Assembly: GCA_001773135.1 (NCBI GenBank)
Contig: MEVX01000008.1
Location: 25,992-89,991, forward strand
DNA length: 64,000 nt
Source of the DNA: a candidate division WWE3 bacterium RIFOXYB1_FULL_43_24
GTDB lineage: Bacteria > Patescibacteriota > WWE3 > UBA101185 > UBA10185
Direction: 5' to 3'
Both the position numbers and the translations under genes were made by a program. The notes under the pieces are model-generated. The model saw nothing but the letters and a program-made list of their open reading frames with translations, was not told where the DNA came from and made no database searches. Below, piece after piece: positions 29,769 to 39,639 of this stretch (its first letter is position 1; each line of letters starts with the position of its first letter).

Positions 29769-30029
29769 ATGGCACATAAAAAAGCAGGTGGATCAAAAGC
29801 AAGACAGGGCGGAAATGTATCGGGTAAAAGGCTCGGTGTTAAAGTATTCGGTGGCTCCAAAGTAAAAGCCGGAGGAATTATTATTAGACAGCGCGGAAGA
29901 ACTTTTGCTCCCGGCAAAAATACCGCTATGGCAAAAGACTTTTCAATTTTCAGCAAGGTATCCGGAGTTGTTAAATTTTCATGGCTTACGAAAAAGAAAA
30001 AGAAAATCGAAGTTGTCGCGTCTGAGTAA
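29769..30029 (+). CDS. rpmA: 50S ribosomal protein L27
   Basis: MAHKKAGGSKARQGGNVSGKRLGVK...QRG is a canonical L27. Confidence 0.95.
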   Translation: MAHKKAGGSKARQGGNVSGKRLGVKVFGGSKVKAGGIIIRQRGRTFAPGKNTAMAKDFSIFSKVSGVVKFSWLTKKKKKIEVVASE

Positions 30030-30034
30030 TTACC

Positions 30035-30589
30035 TTATTTCCCACCATTCAATAGTCTTATATTTTCAAACGGGTAAAACACTAGCAACGCGCGCCCTAT
30101 TATTGTCTCTTTTTGGATAGGGCCCCAATATCTTGAGTCTGTGCTTTCAGATCTGTTGTCTCCCATAACAATGTAATAATCCTCCGCAATTTTGTGTTCC
30201 TGTCCTTCCGTCAAAAAATCAGTTGCTCGGGTTACCACAGCTTCTGATAGATAAGGTTCCTCAAGTTTTTTACCGTTTATAAACACGAAACCGTTCTGAA
30301 TTTTTATTATTTCTCCCGGGAGACCGATGACACGTTTAACAAGCAGATCTGATTTGGTTTTCGGGTGCCAGAATATTATTACCTCTCCGCGTTTGACAGG
30401 GTCAAACTTTATAGATAGTTTCTCAGCTATTATCTGTTCTCTGTCGTGTAGGTACGGATACATTGAACTTCCCGATACTTCAAGAAACTGCCCTACGAGT
30501 ATGTAAACGAGTATAAACACGGTCGTTCCTATCAGGAACAACTCTATGATGTCGGCGATTGTATTTTTTATGCTGGATTTCCGAACCAT
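30035..30589 (-). CDS. lepB: Signal peptidase I (LepB)
   Basis: 184 aa, N-terminal TM. S26 motifs include the Ser box (GSSMYP), the Lys box (VKRVIGLPGE) and GDNRSESTDSRYWGPI. Confidence 0.85.
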   Translation of the reverse strand: MVRKSSIKNTIADIIELFLIGTTVFILVYILVGQFLEVSGSSMYPYLHDREQIIAEKLSIKFDPVKRGEVIIFWHPKTKSDLLVKRVIGLPGEIIKIQNGFVFINGKKLEEPYLSEAVVTRATDFLTEGQEHKIAEDYYIVMGDNRSESTDSRYWGPIQKETIIGRALLVFYPFENIRLLNGGK

Positions 30590-30661
30590 AAAGAAATTTT
30601 ATAACAGCGCTGGCCAAATAACTAGGACGTAAAGAAAAAATGCTGTAAAATAGGTGCGCAC

Positions 30662-30737
30662 GGGTCCGTGGCTCAGTGGTTAGAGCGCTCGGTTCACATC
30701 CGAGAGGTCCCTGGTTCGATCCCAGGCGGGCCCACCA
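30662..30737 (+). tRNA. tRNA-Val (anticodon CAC), CCA encoded
   Basis: Manual cloverleaf. Acceptor GGGTCCG/CGGGCCC, D-stem GCTC/GAGC, anticodon stem CTCGG/CCGAG, loop TTCACAT, T-arm CCTGG-TTCGATC-CCAGG. Confidence 0.9.
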
Positions 30738-30857
30738 TTTATCAAACTTGTGTACTTGATTGGTTGTATTCTAATACCCCGCTCACTTGAAATTATTTAT
30801 TATTGACTATAGAAAATATTTAGCAAAGAATTATTAGATAGTAAAAAAGTAGTACTC

Positions 30858-30975
30858 ATTTTGGAGAGTACTCCAAAAAGTAGCATCATTCTGGAGAGTA
30901 CTCCAAAAAGTAGCATCATTCTGGAGAGTACTCCAAAAAGTAGCATCATTCTGGAGAGTACTCCAAAAAGTAAAA
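30858..30975. repeat. About 3.9 perfect tandem copies of a 30-bp unit (ATTCTGGAGAGTACTCCAAAAAGTAGCATC), each containing the palindrome GAGTACTC (GGAG-AGTA-CTCC)
   Basis: Read directly. The array ends 1 bp before the ATG at 30977. A degenerate partial copy (AAAAAGTAGTACTCATTTTGGAGAGTACTCC) precedes it. Confidence 0.85.
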
Positions 30976-30976
30976 A

Positions 30977-32528
30977 AATGAAGAACAAAGAACCGTCGAA
31001 TTTTAATAACTCAGATAACGACCCCGGAGGCCAGCCCTCAGATTTTTCAGATCCCATATCAATGCCGGAAGTAGACAACATGGAGTTTTTTCGAACTCCT
31101 GCAATGCTGAACAAAAACTCCAAGGCTTGGCACGAAAAAGAAATACCCATAAGAATAAATTCGTACAACCGACCAGAAGGTATAGAAATAAATATTGAAT
31201 CTAAGCTGATTAACGAACATAACTTAATGAAGTACCCCAACGGTATCTGGCAGAATTATCCGGAAGACAATAAAGCAAAGCTGCTTGATAACATCGCATA
31301 TATTTTTACAGCCCATCTACCTATGTTGCTAAAAGGAAATATAAGACTCGAATACAATACCGGATATCCTCAGTGCTTTTCCTGGTCCCAGCAGTCGTTT
31401 ATGAGGCACCTGCCACTATATTGGTATTACTATAAAAAGCGGGGCATGAGCGTAATGCCTATGCTCAAAACGCTGCTTAATTCCAGGGCGTACTTTCGCG
31501 ACACCACCGATGTTCCCCCGGAGTTCCCGATCAGCGTCGACGAGAACGTTATACTACCTTTTACATTCGGTAAGGACAGCTTTTTAACTTACCATGTTTG
31601 CAAAGAACTTAAATTAAACACAATTCTGGTTTTCTTCAATGACCCAACTTTTTTGGGTTACGAGGGGGCGCATAAAAAAGTCTTATTTGAAGAGTTCTTA
31701 AAAAAGAACAAAAATGATCTTTATTTTCTGGAAAATCCTATGGAAGGTCTGAGAGATAACGGAGATGGCTGGTTTGGGTGGGAATTAAGTCTGACATCCT
31801 GGGCGTTGATGTGTCTGCCGCTTGCTTACAAATATAAGGCAGGGTACATTTTATTCAGTAATGAAAAGAGTGTTAACGCTTTTTACTACGACGACCAGGG
31901 ATTTAAAGTAGTACCGGAATATGAACAGGCATACCAGGCAACAGAAGAAATGTCATTACTCACACAGGCTATGTCGGAGGGCGAGTTGTATACATCAACA
32001 TTTTTACAAGGGCTAAATGATTTGGCTATAGTTGCGGTGTTGAACGAAAATTATGCCAAAGAAACTTTTCCCTATCTAATGTCATGCTGGGACGGAAGTG
32101 AGGAGAAGCGCTGGTGCGGTAAATGCACAAAGTGTGCCAGACTTTATTTGTACCTGTCTGCAATGGGTATCAATCCAATAGAAGTGGCGGGCTTTGAGGA
32201 TGATATGTTTAGTGAGGATAAGATAGACCTTTATAATGCTTTTGGAGAAAAAGCCTCCGGTCTGGGTTGGGACTCTTTCGGCTTGAATAAAGATGAACAA
32301 GAACTGTCCTTTTATATATGCGCTAAGCTTGGTAACCAGGCTCCGCTCGTTCAGATCTTCAAGAATTCGGAAGCTTACCAAAGAGTAGAACAAAACCTTA
32401 ACGTGCTTGTCGATGAATATTTAGGTCTTCATGAGGAACACTCCTCCCCACTAATTTGGAGAACTCAGATAAATGAGATCTTTAATACAGCACTAAAAAA
32501 AGTAAGAGAAAGAGTTTTCAGTTTATAA
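30977..32528 (+). CDS. PP-loop ATP-pyrophosphatase superfamily protein, QueC/ExsB-like or N-acetyl-sugar-amidotransferase-like. If the N-terminus instead includes the repeat-encoded ESTPKSSIIL x3, the ORF starts at 30861.
   Basis: C-terminal SCWDGSEEKRWCGKCTKCARLY matches the QueC-type zinc motif SC[YW]xG-x7-CGxCxxCxxR. A degenerate PP-loop-like ILPFTFGKDSFLT is present. There is an N-terminal domain of about 150 aa with no match. Confidence 0.45.
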
Positions 32529-33756
32529 ATTCGTCGTAAAGTAAGTTCCAAAGTTCAGTATAACCGCCGTCATATCCGAGTGCCCAAATGCCCACACCCA
32601 TCAATCCGTTATTTTTAATAAGTTTATATTTAACTGCCAAAGACTTTTGATCTTCGTAGAAGACCTGTCTTAGTTGTCCGGTTTCTTCACTGATGTAACT
32701 AAAGTAGGGCACCTGACCGAGATCGTCCCATAAAATTCTGGGTTTTATATTAATAATTACGTCCATAATAGCTTCGTAAGATTGGGATTGGGAGTATCCG
32801 ATCGCGTCATTTCCATTTATTCTTTCTGCGTATTTTTCGTCTTTTCCGACTACCCAGTTGTAGCCGTAATAGGGTACACCCAGCAGCAGTTTATTTGGCG
32901 GTACGACAGCCAAATAGTCTTTCAGCATTGTTTCTATGTCGTATTCTGCGTGGACTCCTTTACCGCCGATCGGGGCAACAGGCCCGGCATTATCCGAGGA
33001 GGGCCTGTGAAAGTCATATCCCATTATAAAGATGCCGTCGCTGTATTTAGCCAAATTTTCCAAATCAGAACTTACACGATCCTTAACCGATGAATCTGCA
33101 AAAGCGGACACAACGACATTAGAATTTCCGTATCTTTTGTCGAGTTCCTGATTTGCGTATTTTGTAAACTCGGAGAATTTTACAGCCATGTCTTTTCCCG
33201 TATATTCGGCGTATTCAAAATTTAAGTTAACGTCAGTTATATTTTTTTCATCAAGTTCTGTGTAAATATTTTTTAGTAAATTATCCCAGCATTCTCTGCA
33301 GTCCAGAAAAGCATCGTTATCTTCGTCGTTGTGAGCTACTACCGTCAGCGCAAAATTTACCCCGAATTTTTTGCATGCGTCAGCAAGTTGCGTGACTTTC
33401 TCGTTTTCCTTCCAGTTTCTATACCCGGGCTCTGCAATCCATATACCCTCCGCGTCTTGCACGGTTTTTACAAAGTTACCTTCGCCGTCTATGTAAATAC
33501 CGAAGTAGGCAACATCAGTTAATCTGTCAAGCTCAATAAATTCCAGTTTCTCCAAGGTCCAGTAGGGAAGGTATCCATAAATCCTGTAAGCAGGTTTTTT
33601 GCGTTCTTTGAAAAGAGAGAGAATGTCGAAAGAGCTCGAATAAGGGGTCAGGGGGTGATTTTTATAGCTAAGTTTGCTTATATGCAGGCTTACCCCTCCC
33701 AATATCGTAACAATAAGAAATAGTACTAAAATTGTTTTTATCTCTGCTCTCACCAA
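32518..33756 (-). CDS. Membrane-anchored GH18-like glycoside hydrolase / chitinase-like protein
   Basis: N-terminal TM anchor. The GH18 catalytic motif has Asp replaced by Asn but the Glu is retained: TDVNLNFEY versus the DGxDxDWEY consensus. Aromatic-rich barrel segments. Confidence 0.55.
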   Translation of the reverse strand: MVRAEIKTILVLFLIVTILGGVSLHISKLSYKNHPLTPYSSSFDILSLFKERKKPAYRIYGYLPYWTLEKLEFIELDRLTDVAYFGIYIDGEGNFVKTVQDAEGIWIAEPGYRNWKENEKVTQLADACKKFGVNFALTVVAHNDEDNDAFLDCRECWDNLLKNIYTELDEKNITDVNLNFEYAEYTGKDMAVKFSEFTKYANQELDKRYGNSNVVVSAFADSSVKDRVSSDLENLAKYSDGIFIMGYDFHRPSSDNAGPVAPIGGKGVHAEYDIETMLKDYLAVVPPNKLLLGVPYYGYNWVVGKDEKYAERINGNDAIGYSQSQSYEAIMDVIINIKPRILWDDLGQVPYFSYISEETGQLRQVFYEDQKSLAVKYKLIKNNGLMGVGIWALGYDGGYTELWNLLYDEFIN

Positions 33757-33833
33757 GTAATTTTAAGCATAAAATCTCAATAAATACAGCCGATGTTTTC
33801 GGTATAAAATCCCATAAATGATAGAATTGGTTT

Positions 33834-35051
33834 GTGGCTATTCTAAATATCCGTAGATATAAATTTTGGACAATTCTCCTTTTTTTGGTTTTGAGCACGC
33901 TGCTGGTATCGGCTTTTGTCTTTCTAAAAGAGTATAAAAGCTATCTTGCTGAAAAAAAGCAAATTGAAGAGATGCAGAGACAGGTATACACGGACAGGCT
34001 GAGGGCAGCCGAGGCTTCGGCCAATTGTGCCGAAGTTCAGGAGGTTGAATACTTCACGTACTCGGGTAATGACCCCCTTTGGAATGAAAATAATAAATTC
34101 GGAATCTATATTTATGCTGAAATTGACGAATTTTTTGACCGGGCCGCAGAACTTGTAAATTCCGGTAAGGGCGATTGGGGTTATGTGTTGATCCCTTATA
34201 ACGTAAAAGATAAAAATTTCGAAAAATGGAAAAACGTTTTCAAGAAGCTCAATGAAAAGCATCTGATTCCGGTCATTCAGTTACATGATGTAGATCCGGA
34301 TGACTACAAAGATCAAACCAGGGAGTCCGCCGCCTTTTTAAACAGATTTGTTTGGCCCGTACGGTATAGGTATGTCAGTGTTTACAATGAACCGAATGAC
34401 CGTAAGTTTTGGTACGATCGGGTGAGTCCGAAAGAGTACGCGGAGATATTGGATTATACGATCGACGTTTACAAGGAAGAAAATCCCGATTTTTTTATGC
34501 TGAACGGTGCCTTTAACGTTACTGCTCCTTCCGATGATAATCACATGGATTCTTTGGAATATATGAGACGTATGGAAGTTGCCGAACCGGGAATTTTTAA
34601 AAAACTGGACGGTTGGGCGTCGCATTCTTACCCCCAGCCGAACTTTTCGGGCAACCCTTACGACGAAGGAAGGTGGAGCATAAAAGCCTACGAGACCGAA
34701 TTAAGTTATCTTAAAAAAGTACTTAAGGTAGAAAAGGATTTACCGGTGTTTATCACTGAAACCGGTTGGGCCCATGCTGAAGGATCGGAATATAACAGCA
34801 GCTATTTACCTGTAGATACGATTTCCGAATATTTTGAAAAAGCATTTAAAGATGTTTGGCTTAAAGATAAGAGGGTGAGGGCAGTTATGCCGTTTACAAT
34901 AAGATACGATCCTCCTTTTGATCACTTTTCATGGCTTAACCAAGATAACGACCCTTACAAACATTTCGATGTTGTCAGGGATATGAAAAAAGAAGAAGGG
35001 AAGCCCCCGGTACTTGTAGTTAACAAAATAAAAGTCGGGGGTTGCGAGTAA
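33834..35051 (+). CDS. Membrane-anchored glycoside hydrolase of clan GH-A (GH5-like TIM barrel)
   Basis: N-terminal TM. Clan GH-A acid/base motif YNEPN and the nucleophile motif FITETGW. Confidence 0.55.
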   Translation: MAILNIRRYKFWTILLFLVLSTLLVSAFVFLKEYKSYLAEKKQIEEMQRQVYTDRLRAAEASANCAEVQEVEYFTYSGNDPLWNENNKFGIYIYAEIDEFFDRAAELVNSGKGDWGYVLIPYNVKDKNFEKWKNVFKKLNEKHLIPVIQLHDVDPDDYKDQTRESAAFLNRFVWPVRYRYVSVYNEPNDRKFWYDRVSPKEYAEILDYTIDVYKEENPDFFMLNGAFNVTAPSDDNHMDSLEYMRRMEVAEPGIFKKLDGWASHSYPQPNFSGNPYDEGRWSIKAYETELSYLKKVLKVEKDLPVFITETGWAHAEGSEYNSSYLPVDTISEYFEKAFKDVWLKDKRVRAVMPFTIRYDPPFDHFSWLNQDNDPYKHFDVVRDMKKEEGKPPVLVVNKIKVGGCE

Positions 35052-36328
35052 TGAGCTTTTCTCCGGCAAGTAAAAAAATAGCTGCCAACACGATTTATCA
35101 GTTAGTAGGGAAAGTCGTAAGTTTAGGCATAACGGTACTAGCCACCATTATTATCACCAGAACATACGGAAGAGAAATCTATGGTCAGTTTAGTTTGATG
35201 CAGGCATGGCCAGCTTTGTTTTTTGTGATAGTAGACTTTGGTATCAACGCTATCGCTACACGTGAGATCTCCAAGGACTGGAGTAAGGCCGGAAAATACT
35301 TTGGAAATATTTTACTCATTAGAATAATATTTTCTGTTATTTTGATGGCTGTTTTGTTTGTAGCTTCGAGGTTTTTTCCTTACTCTCAGGCACTTAAAGC
35401 AGGTATCACTCTGAGCCTTCTTCTTGTTCTTACTCAGGCACTTTTTACGTCAACCAATATAATATTTCAGGCAAAACTAAGGTATGACCTCTCTACAATA
35501 GGGTACCTGTCAGGCTACGCCATTATTTTGATTTTAGTTTTCTTTTTATCTCAGGCAAAAGTTGATGTAATGTGGATTAGCTTCAGTTACGTTATAGGTG
35601 GTTTTATTACGTTTGCAATAAACTATTTTTTTGTAAAATCGCTCGGTGTAAAACCTGAATTTGTACTTGATAAGAAGGTTTGGGGGTATCTTTTATCCAG
35701 CTCCCTGCCTTTGGGCTTGATGTTTGTGTTCAGCCAGATAAATTTCAAGGCTGACTCATTGTTACTATCCGTTCTTCCCGTTCCGGCCTTTTTAAATGTG
35801 TCCAATAACGAAGCAGTAGGATTATACGCACTTCCTTATAAAATTTTTGAAGTTGCTTTAGTGATGCCGACATTTTTTATGAATTCCGTTTATCCCGTAA
35901 TGATAATCCGCATGTCCGAAGGCAAGGAAAAATTACAAAAAACATTAAAGCAATCTCTCAAATTCTTAATTGTCATCGCTATTGTATTTTCACTTGTAGG
36001 CTATGTATTTTCCCCTTTGGCAATTAATGTTTTAGGCGGCGCAGAATTTTCTGCTTCAGTTCCCGTACTAAGGATATTATTATCAGGACTCGTCCTTTAC
36101 AGCGTCACACAGCCTTTGGCGTGGGTAATCGTAACACTGGGATACCAGAAGTATCTTCCGGGTATTTATCTAATCAGCGGTGTTTTTAACGTAGTACTGA
36201 ATCTTATATTTATTCCTGTTTATTCTTTCTATGTTTCGGCTCTTATAACCCATTTATCCGAGCTTTTGATACTAGTTCTTTTGATTGTTACTGTCCGGAA
36301 AGTGTGGCGTAAAACCTATGCTGCTTAA
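35042..36328 (+). CDS. Polysaccharide biosynthesis protein / Wzx-like MOP-family flippase
   Basis: 428 aa with about 12-14 TM helices. The N-terminus KKIAANTIYQLVGKVVSLGITVLATIIITR is typical of the family. Confidence 0.65.
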   Translation: MRVMSFSPASKKIAANTIYQLVGKVVSLGITVLATIIITRTYGREIYGQFSLMQAWPALFFVIVDFGINAIATREISKDWSKAGKYFGNILLIRIIFSVILMAVLFVASRFFPYSQALKAGITLSLLLVLTQALFTSTNIIFQAKLRYDLSTIGYLSGYAIILILVFFLSQAKVDVMWISFSYVIGGFITFAINYFFVKSLGVKPEFVLDKKVWGYLLSSSLPLGLMFVFSQINFKADSLLLSVLPVPAFLNVSNNEAVGLYALPYKIFEVALVMPTFFMNSVYPVMIIRMSEGKEKLQKTLKQSLKFLIVIAIVFSLVGYVFSPLAINVLGGAEFSASVPVLRILLSGLVLYSVTQPLAWVIVTLGYQKYLPGIYLISGVFNVVLNLIFIPVYSFYVSALITHLSELLILVLLIVTVRKVWRKTYAA

Positions 36329-37484
36329 ATACTTTTTATACTTACTACTCGCGACATTATCGCTCGGTCAGTTGTCGCGGGTCGGAGACCTCTACACTTT
36401 TGATTTAGCCGCGGTAGTTTTTGTATTTTATGGAATAATTTATTTTTTATTTAAGCGAAATTTAAAGGTTCCACGTTATTCGGTTCTCTTTTTCATTTTT
36501 TCGTTATTGGCAGGGGCGTCGTTACTTATAAATTTTTACCGGTACGGAGAAGCCGAAGCTATAACGGCGGCATTCTATTTAGTAAGGTATGTCACCTATT
36601 TGTTAGCAGGCTTAGTTGTTTACAACATGCTCGTTGATAAGTACATCACACGTGACCAGCTAGAAAGATACTTTTATATCTCGGCTCTTTTTCTATGCGC
36701 TGCGGGTTTGGTTCAACTCTCGGTATTACCTGACTTTAGTATTTTAGACGCCTCGCTAGGCTGGGATCCGCACAAAAATAGGGTAGCTTCGACTTTTTTC
36801 GACCCTAACTTTCTCGGAGCCTACTTGGTTGCTGTACTGACTTTAATTTTAGGAAGTATCTTTGAAGGTAAAAAAGACAGATTTAGGGTGATTTCAGCAG
36901 TCACACTTCTAGTTTTCATCTTTCTTACCTTCTCAAGAAGTGCTTGGGTAATGCTGGCTGTTGTAATTTTCGTATTCGGTCTATTAAAGAAACGCAAACT
37001 CCTGCTTTTAGGCTTGTTATTGGCTTTTTTGGCTTACTTTTTGGTGCCCCGGGTTCAGACCAGGTTGTCGGGAATTACTGATCCGGCAGATTCTGCGCGA
37101 TTTAGGCTCGTTTCATGGAAAAATGCTTTACAAATATCGCGGGACAATTTATTCACGGGAATTGGATTTAATGCGTATAGATATGCTCAGAAAGATTACG
37201 GCTTTCTCACAATAGATAATATTTCGACGCGCTCGGGCGCCGGTGCCGACTCCAGCATTCTATTTGTTTTAGCTACCACAGGAATATTCGGTATGTTAAT
37301 TTACGTTTCTGCCCTCGCGTTTCCGTTTATCGACAGCATTTTTTCAAAAAGAAAATATAGGTTGGTGATAATAACCTTGCTTCCCGCACTTATGCTGGAA
37401 TCACTTTTTATAAACTCGCTTTTTTATCCACAGATAATGTTTATTATGTACGCGGTAATCTTTAGCTCGTCTCTTGATATTTAA
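36285..37484 (+). CDS. O-antigen ligase / Wzy-like polytopic membrane protein
   Basis: 399 aa with about 10 TM helices and a periplasmic-loop region (SRSAWV ... NAYRYAQ) similar to the Wzy_C family. The likely start is the Met at 36318. Confidence 0.55.
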   Translation: MLLSGKCGVKPMLLKYFLYLLLATLSLGQLSRVGDLYTFDLAAVVFVFYGIIYFLFKRNLKVPRYSVLFFIFSLLAGASLLINFYRYGEAEAITAAFYLVRYVTYLLAGLVVYNMLVDKYITRDQLERYFYISALFLCAAGLVQLSVLPDFSILDASLGWDPHKNRVASTFFDPNFLGAYLVAVLTLILGSIFEGKKDRFRVISAVTLLVFIFLTFSRSAWVMLAVVIFVFGLLKKRKLLLLGLLLAFLAYFLVPRVQTRLSGITDPADSARFRLVSWKNALQISRDNLFTGIGFNAYRYAQKDYGFLTIDNISTRSGAGADSSILFVLATTGIFGMLIYVSALAFPFIDSIFSKRKYRLVIITLLPALMLESLFINSLFYPQIMFIMYAVIFSSSLDI

Positions 37485-38193
37485 CGTTTATGGTTTCCTC
37501 GCTTTTGTTTCCGGCTTCGTCTGTTGCTTCAATCTTTATTTCCACGTCTCCGGATTTAACACCCAGAATATATTCGAACGTAAGATCCGGTTTTTGAATA
37601 ACCATCCTGCCGTTTATTTTTAAGGTAGATTTTTCGCTGACCTTGCCCACGATAGTGATTCTTTTATCCAAATTCCTTACAGTTGAGTCGTTCTTTGGTG
37701 AATCTACCTCAATTTTAGGTGCTTCGGTATCCAGTATTATCGTAAAAGTTTCACCGGCCTCGCTTTCTTCGTTTTTTGCGTTCACGGCTTTAGCGAAAAC
37801 AGTATTCCGGCCTTTTATAAGTTCTATTGAGATGAAGTTAAATATACCGTCGGCGCCAGTGGTTGTCTGAGCAACTTCCGGACCGTTCACGAAAAGTTTT
37901 ATGGTCTCGCCCTCATTTGCATATCCGGCCAGATTTATTTTCGTTTCCTTAGTTGCTGTAGGGACGTTCGTGAGAGTTGGTGGCCTGATTCTTACAGTTA
38001 CAACCTCCTCTTTAGCGTTTCTATTTTTGGATAAAAGCCCGAATGCCGAACCGAAAGTTGGGGCGAACACAAACAAGGCTAGAATAACGAACACAATCAA
38101 ACCGATTATTCCCAATAACTTTTTAATAAGCTTCTTTGAAAGCTCTTGTTCGCTCATACCGTATTGTTTGCTTCTGTATTTTTTTGTTACCAT
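37462..38193 (-). CDS. Membrane-anchored protein with bacterial Ig-like (Big) domain repeats
   Basis: N-terminal TM (LIGIIGLIVFVILALFVFA), then two all-beta repeats of about 80 aa (…TATKETKINLAGYANEGETIKLFVNG… and …ITIVGKVSEKSTLKINGRMV…). Confidence 0.5.
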   Translation of the reverse strand: MVTKKYRSKQYGMSEQELSKKLIKKLLGIIGLIVFVILALFVFAPTFGSAFGLLSKNRNAKEEVVTVRIRPPTLTNVPTATKETKINLAGYANEGETIKLFVNGPEVAQTTTGADGIFNFISIELIKGRNTVFAKAVNAKNEESEAGETFTIILDTEAPKIEVDSPKNDSTVRNLDKRITIVGKVSEKSTLKINGRMVIQKPDLTFEYILGVKSGDVEIKIEATDEAGNKSEETINVKYQETS

Positions 38194-38194
38194 C

Positions 38195-39094
38195 CTATTT
38201 TATTATCTCATCTTTTATAAAAGTTTTAAGTTCGTCTTTCAAGTCGTCTCTTTGCATAGCAAATTTCAAGGTCGTTTTCAGATATCTTAGAGGGTCACCG
38301 GTCGTCAGCCACTCTCCTTCAATCGGTTGCGCAATTACGGTTTTTCCTGCGTCCACGAGTCCGTTAAGGATGTCGATGAGCCAAAGTTCGCCGTCCTTAC
38401 CCGTTGCAGTATTTACAGCTGCCTCAATAACATCGTAGGAAAAGACAAAACGCCCGAACTGCACTTTATTTGAGGGTGCCTGATCTTTTGGAAGTTTCTC
38501 GTAGCCTCTCTCCATGGTGTATTTGTAGGGGGCATTTTCTTTATATTTTACGGATCCGTATCTTTCTACCTCAGACCACGGTACTTCCTGAACTGCCAGT
38601 ACTGCTGCCGGATGCTGCTCGTGATAAACGTCTATTAATTGCTTCGTGACGGGTACGTCAGAAAGGGTTAAGTCGTCGCCGAACATATATACAAAAGCTT
38701 CGTCGTTATCAATTAATTCTTTAACTGTAAGTAGGGGAGAGCCGTTACCGTAGGGAAGGTGATTTTTCTGGCGTACATAAACGAAATTAGCCATCTGGGG
38801 TATGGACTGGACGATTTCAAGGTATTTAAGTTTGCCGTCTTTTTCCAGGGAGTTTTCCAAATCCGACCTGTTATCGAAATAGTCTTCCATAATATGGTTT
38901 CCCGCTCTTGTGACCAGGATTATTTCTTCAATACCAGAATTAACTGCCTCTTCAACAAGGTAGTGAACAATAGGTTTATCTATGATTGGTAGCATTTCTT
39001 TGGGTTGATTTTTTGTTGCGGGAAGAAATCTCGTTCCGTATCCGGCGGCTGCTATAACAGCCTTCGTTACTTTGGAATATTGCTTCATAGTCAT
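38195..39094 (-). CDS. galU: UTP--glucose-1-phosphate uridylyltransferase (GalU)
   Basis: KAVIAAAGYGTRFLPATKNQPKEMLPIIDKPIVHYLVEEA matches the GalU nucleotide-binding signature. 299 aa. Confidence 0.85.
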   Translation of the reverse strand: MTMKQYSKVTKAVIAAAGYGTRFLPATKNQPKEMLPIIDKPIVHYLVEEAVNSGIEEIILVTRAGNHIMEDYFDNRSDLENSLEKDGKLKYLEIVQSIPQMANFVYVRQKNHLPYGNGSPLLTVKELIDNDEAFVYMFGDDLTLSDVPVTKQLIDVYHEQHPAAVLAVQEVPWSEVERYGSVKYKENAPYKYTMERGYEKLPKDQAPSNKVQFGRFVFSYDVIEAAVNTATGKDGELWLIDILNGLVDAGKTVIAQPIEGEWLTTGDPLRYLKTTLKFAMQRDDLKDELKTFIKDEIIK

Positions 39095-39177
39095 TCAATT
39101 TTATCACAAAAAAAGAGCAGACAGTGATCCTACCGGTGAGGGTTGGGGTCTTTGTCTGCTCGGTGGTTAACCCGTTT

Positions 39178-39384
39178 TTACTTGCGAGGTTTTCGGGCCA
39201 TTGTTTGGGTGCTATCGTCTTTTTCTGGCTTTCCTGGAATCCATAGTCCGACTATGCCCAAAAGCAGGAACGCGAATACAAAAGCAGTTGCGAAAATTCC
39301 TGCTAAACTCTCTAAATTGGACGTGTAACGGTAAGCAAAATATCCAAGTAAAAGCAGTACGATAGTAACAATCATCTTAGCCAT
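39178..39384 (-). CDS. Small 2-TM membrane protein (68 aa)
   Basis: Two hydrophobic helices and a basic C-terminus. Lies between tRNA-Thr and galU on the same strand. Confidence 0.4.
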   Translation of the reverse strand: MAKMIVTIVLLLLGYFAYRYTSNLESLAGIFATAFVFAFLLLGIVGLWIPGKPEKDDSTQTMARKPRK

Positions 39385-39491
39385 TTTTATGCTCCTTATT
39401 TTGGAATGAATGGATTAATTGCGTTTAATTTTAACCTGATAATTATACCCCATAGTGTGTATTTTGTCTAGTTGGGGGTTTCGAGGCTAAA

Positions 39492-39567
39492 TGGAGCCGA
39501 TAACAGGAGTCGAACCTGTGACCTTTCCCTTACGAAGGGACTGCTCTACCAACTGAGCTATACCGGC
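39492..39567 (-). tRNA. tRNA-Thr (anticodon CGT), CCA encoded
   Basis: Manual fold of the reverse complement: GCCGGTA-TA-GCTC-AGTTGGTA-GAGC-A-GTCCC-TTCGTAA-GGGAA-AGGTC-ACAGG-TTCGACT-CCTGT-TATCGGC-T-CCA. Confidence 0.9.
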
Positions 39568-39639
39568 CAACGTCATAATTTTACCAGAATAAAAGAAACG
39601 CTGAGATAGTTTTTGTGTTATCTCAGCGTTAATGGCAGA

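Noticed and set aside
30858-30975. 30-bp tandem repeat array considered as a CRISPR array
   Set aside because: The repeats are directly contiguous with no spacers, there are only about 4 copies, and no cas genes are nearby. This is a simple tandem repeat or operator array, not CRISPR.
30800-31240. Track ORF (146 aa, minus) with MMLLFGVLSR x4 repeats
   Set aside because: The repeated peptide is the antisense translation of the 30-bp DNA tandem repeat. It is an artefact of the repeat, not a gene.
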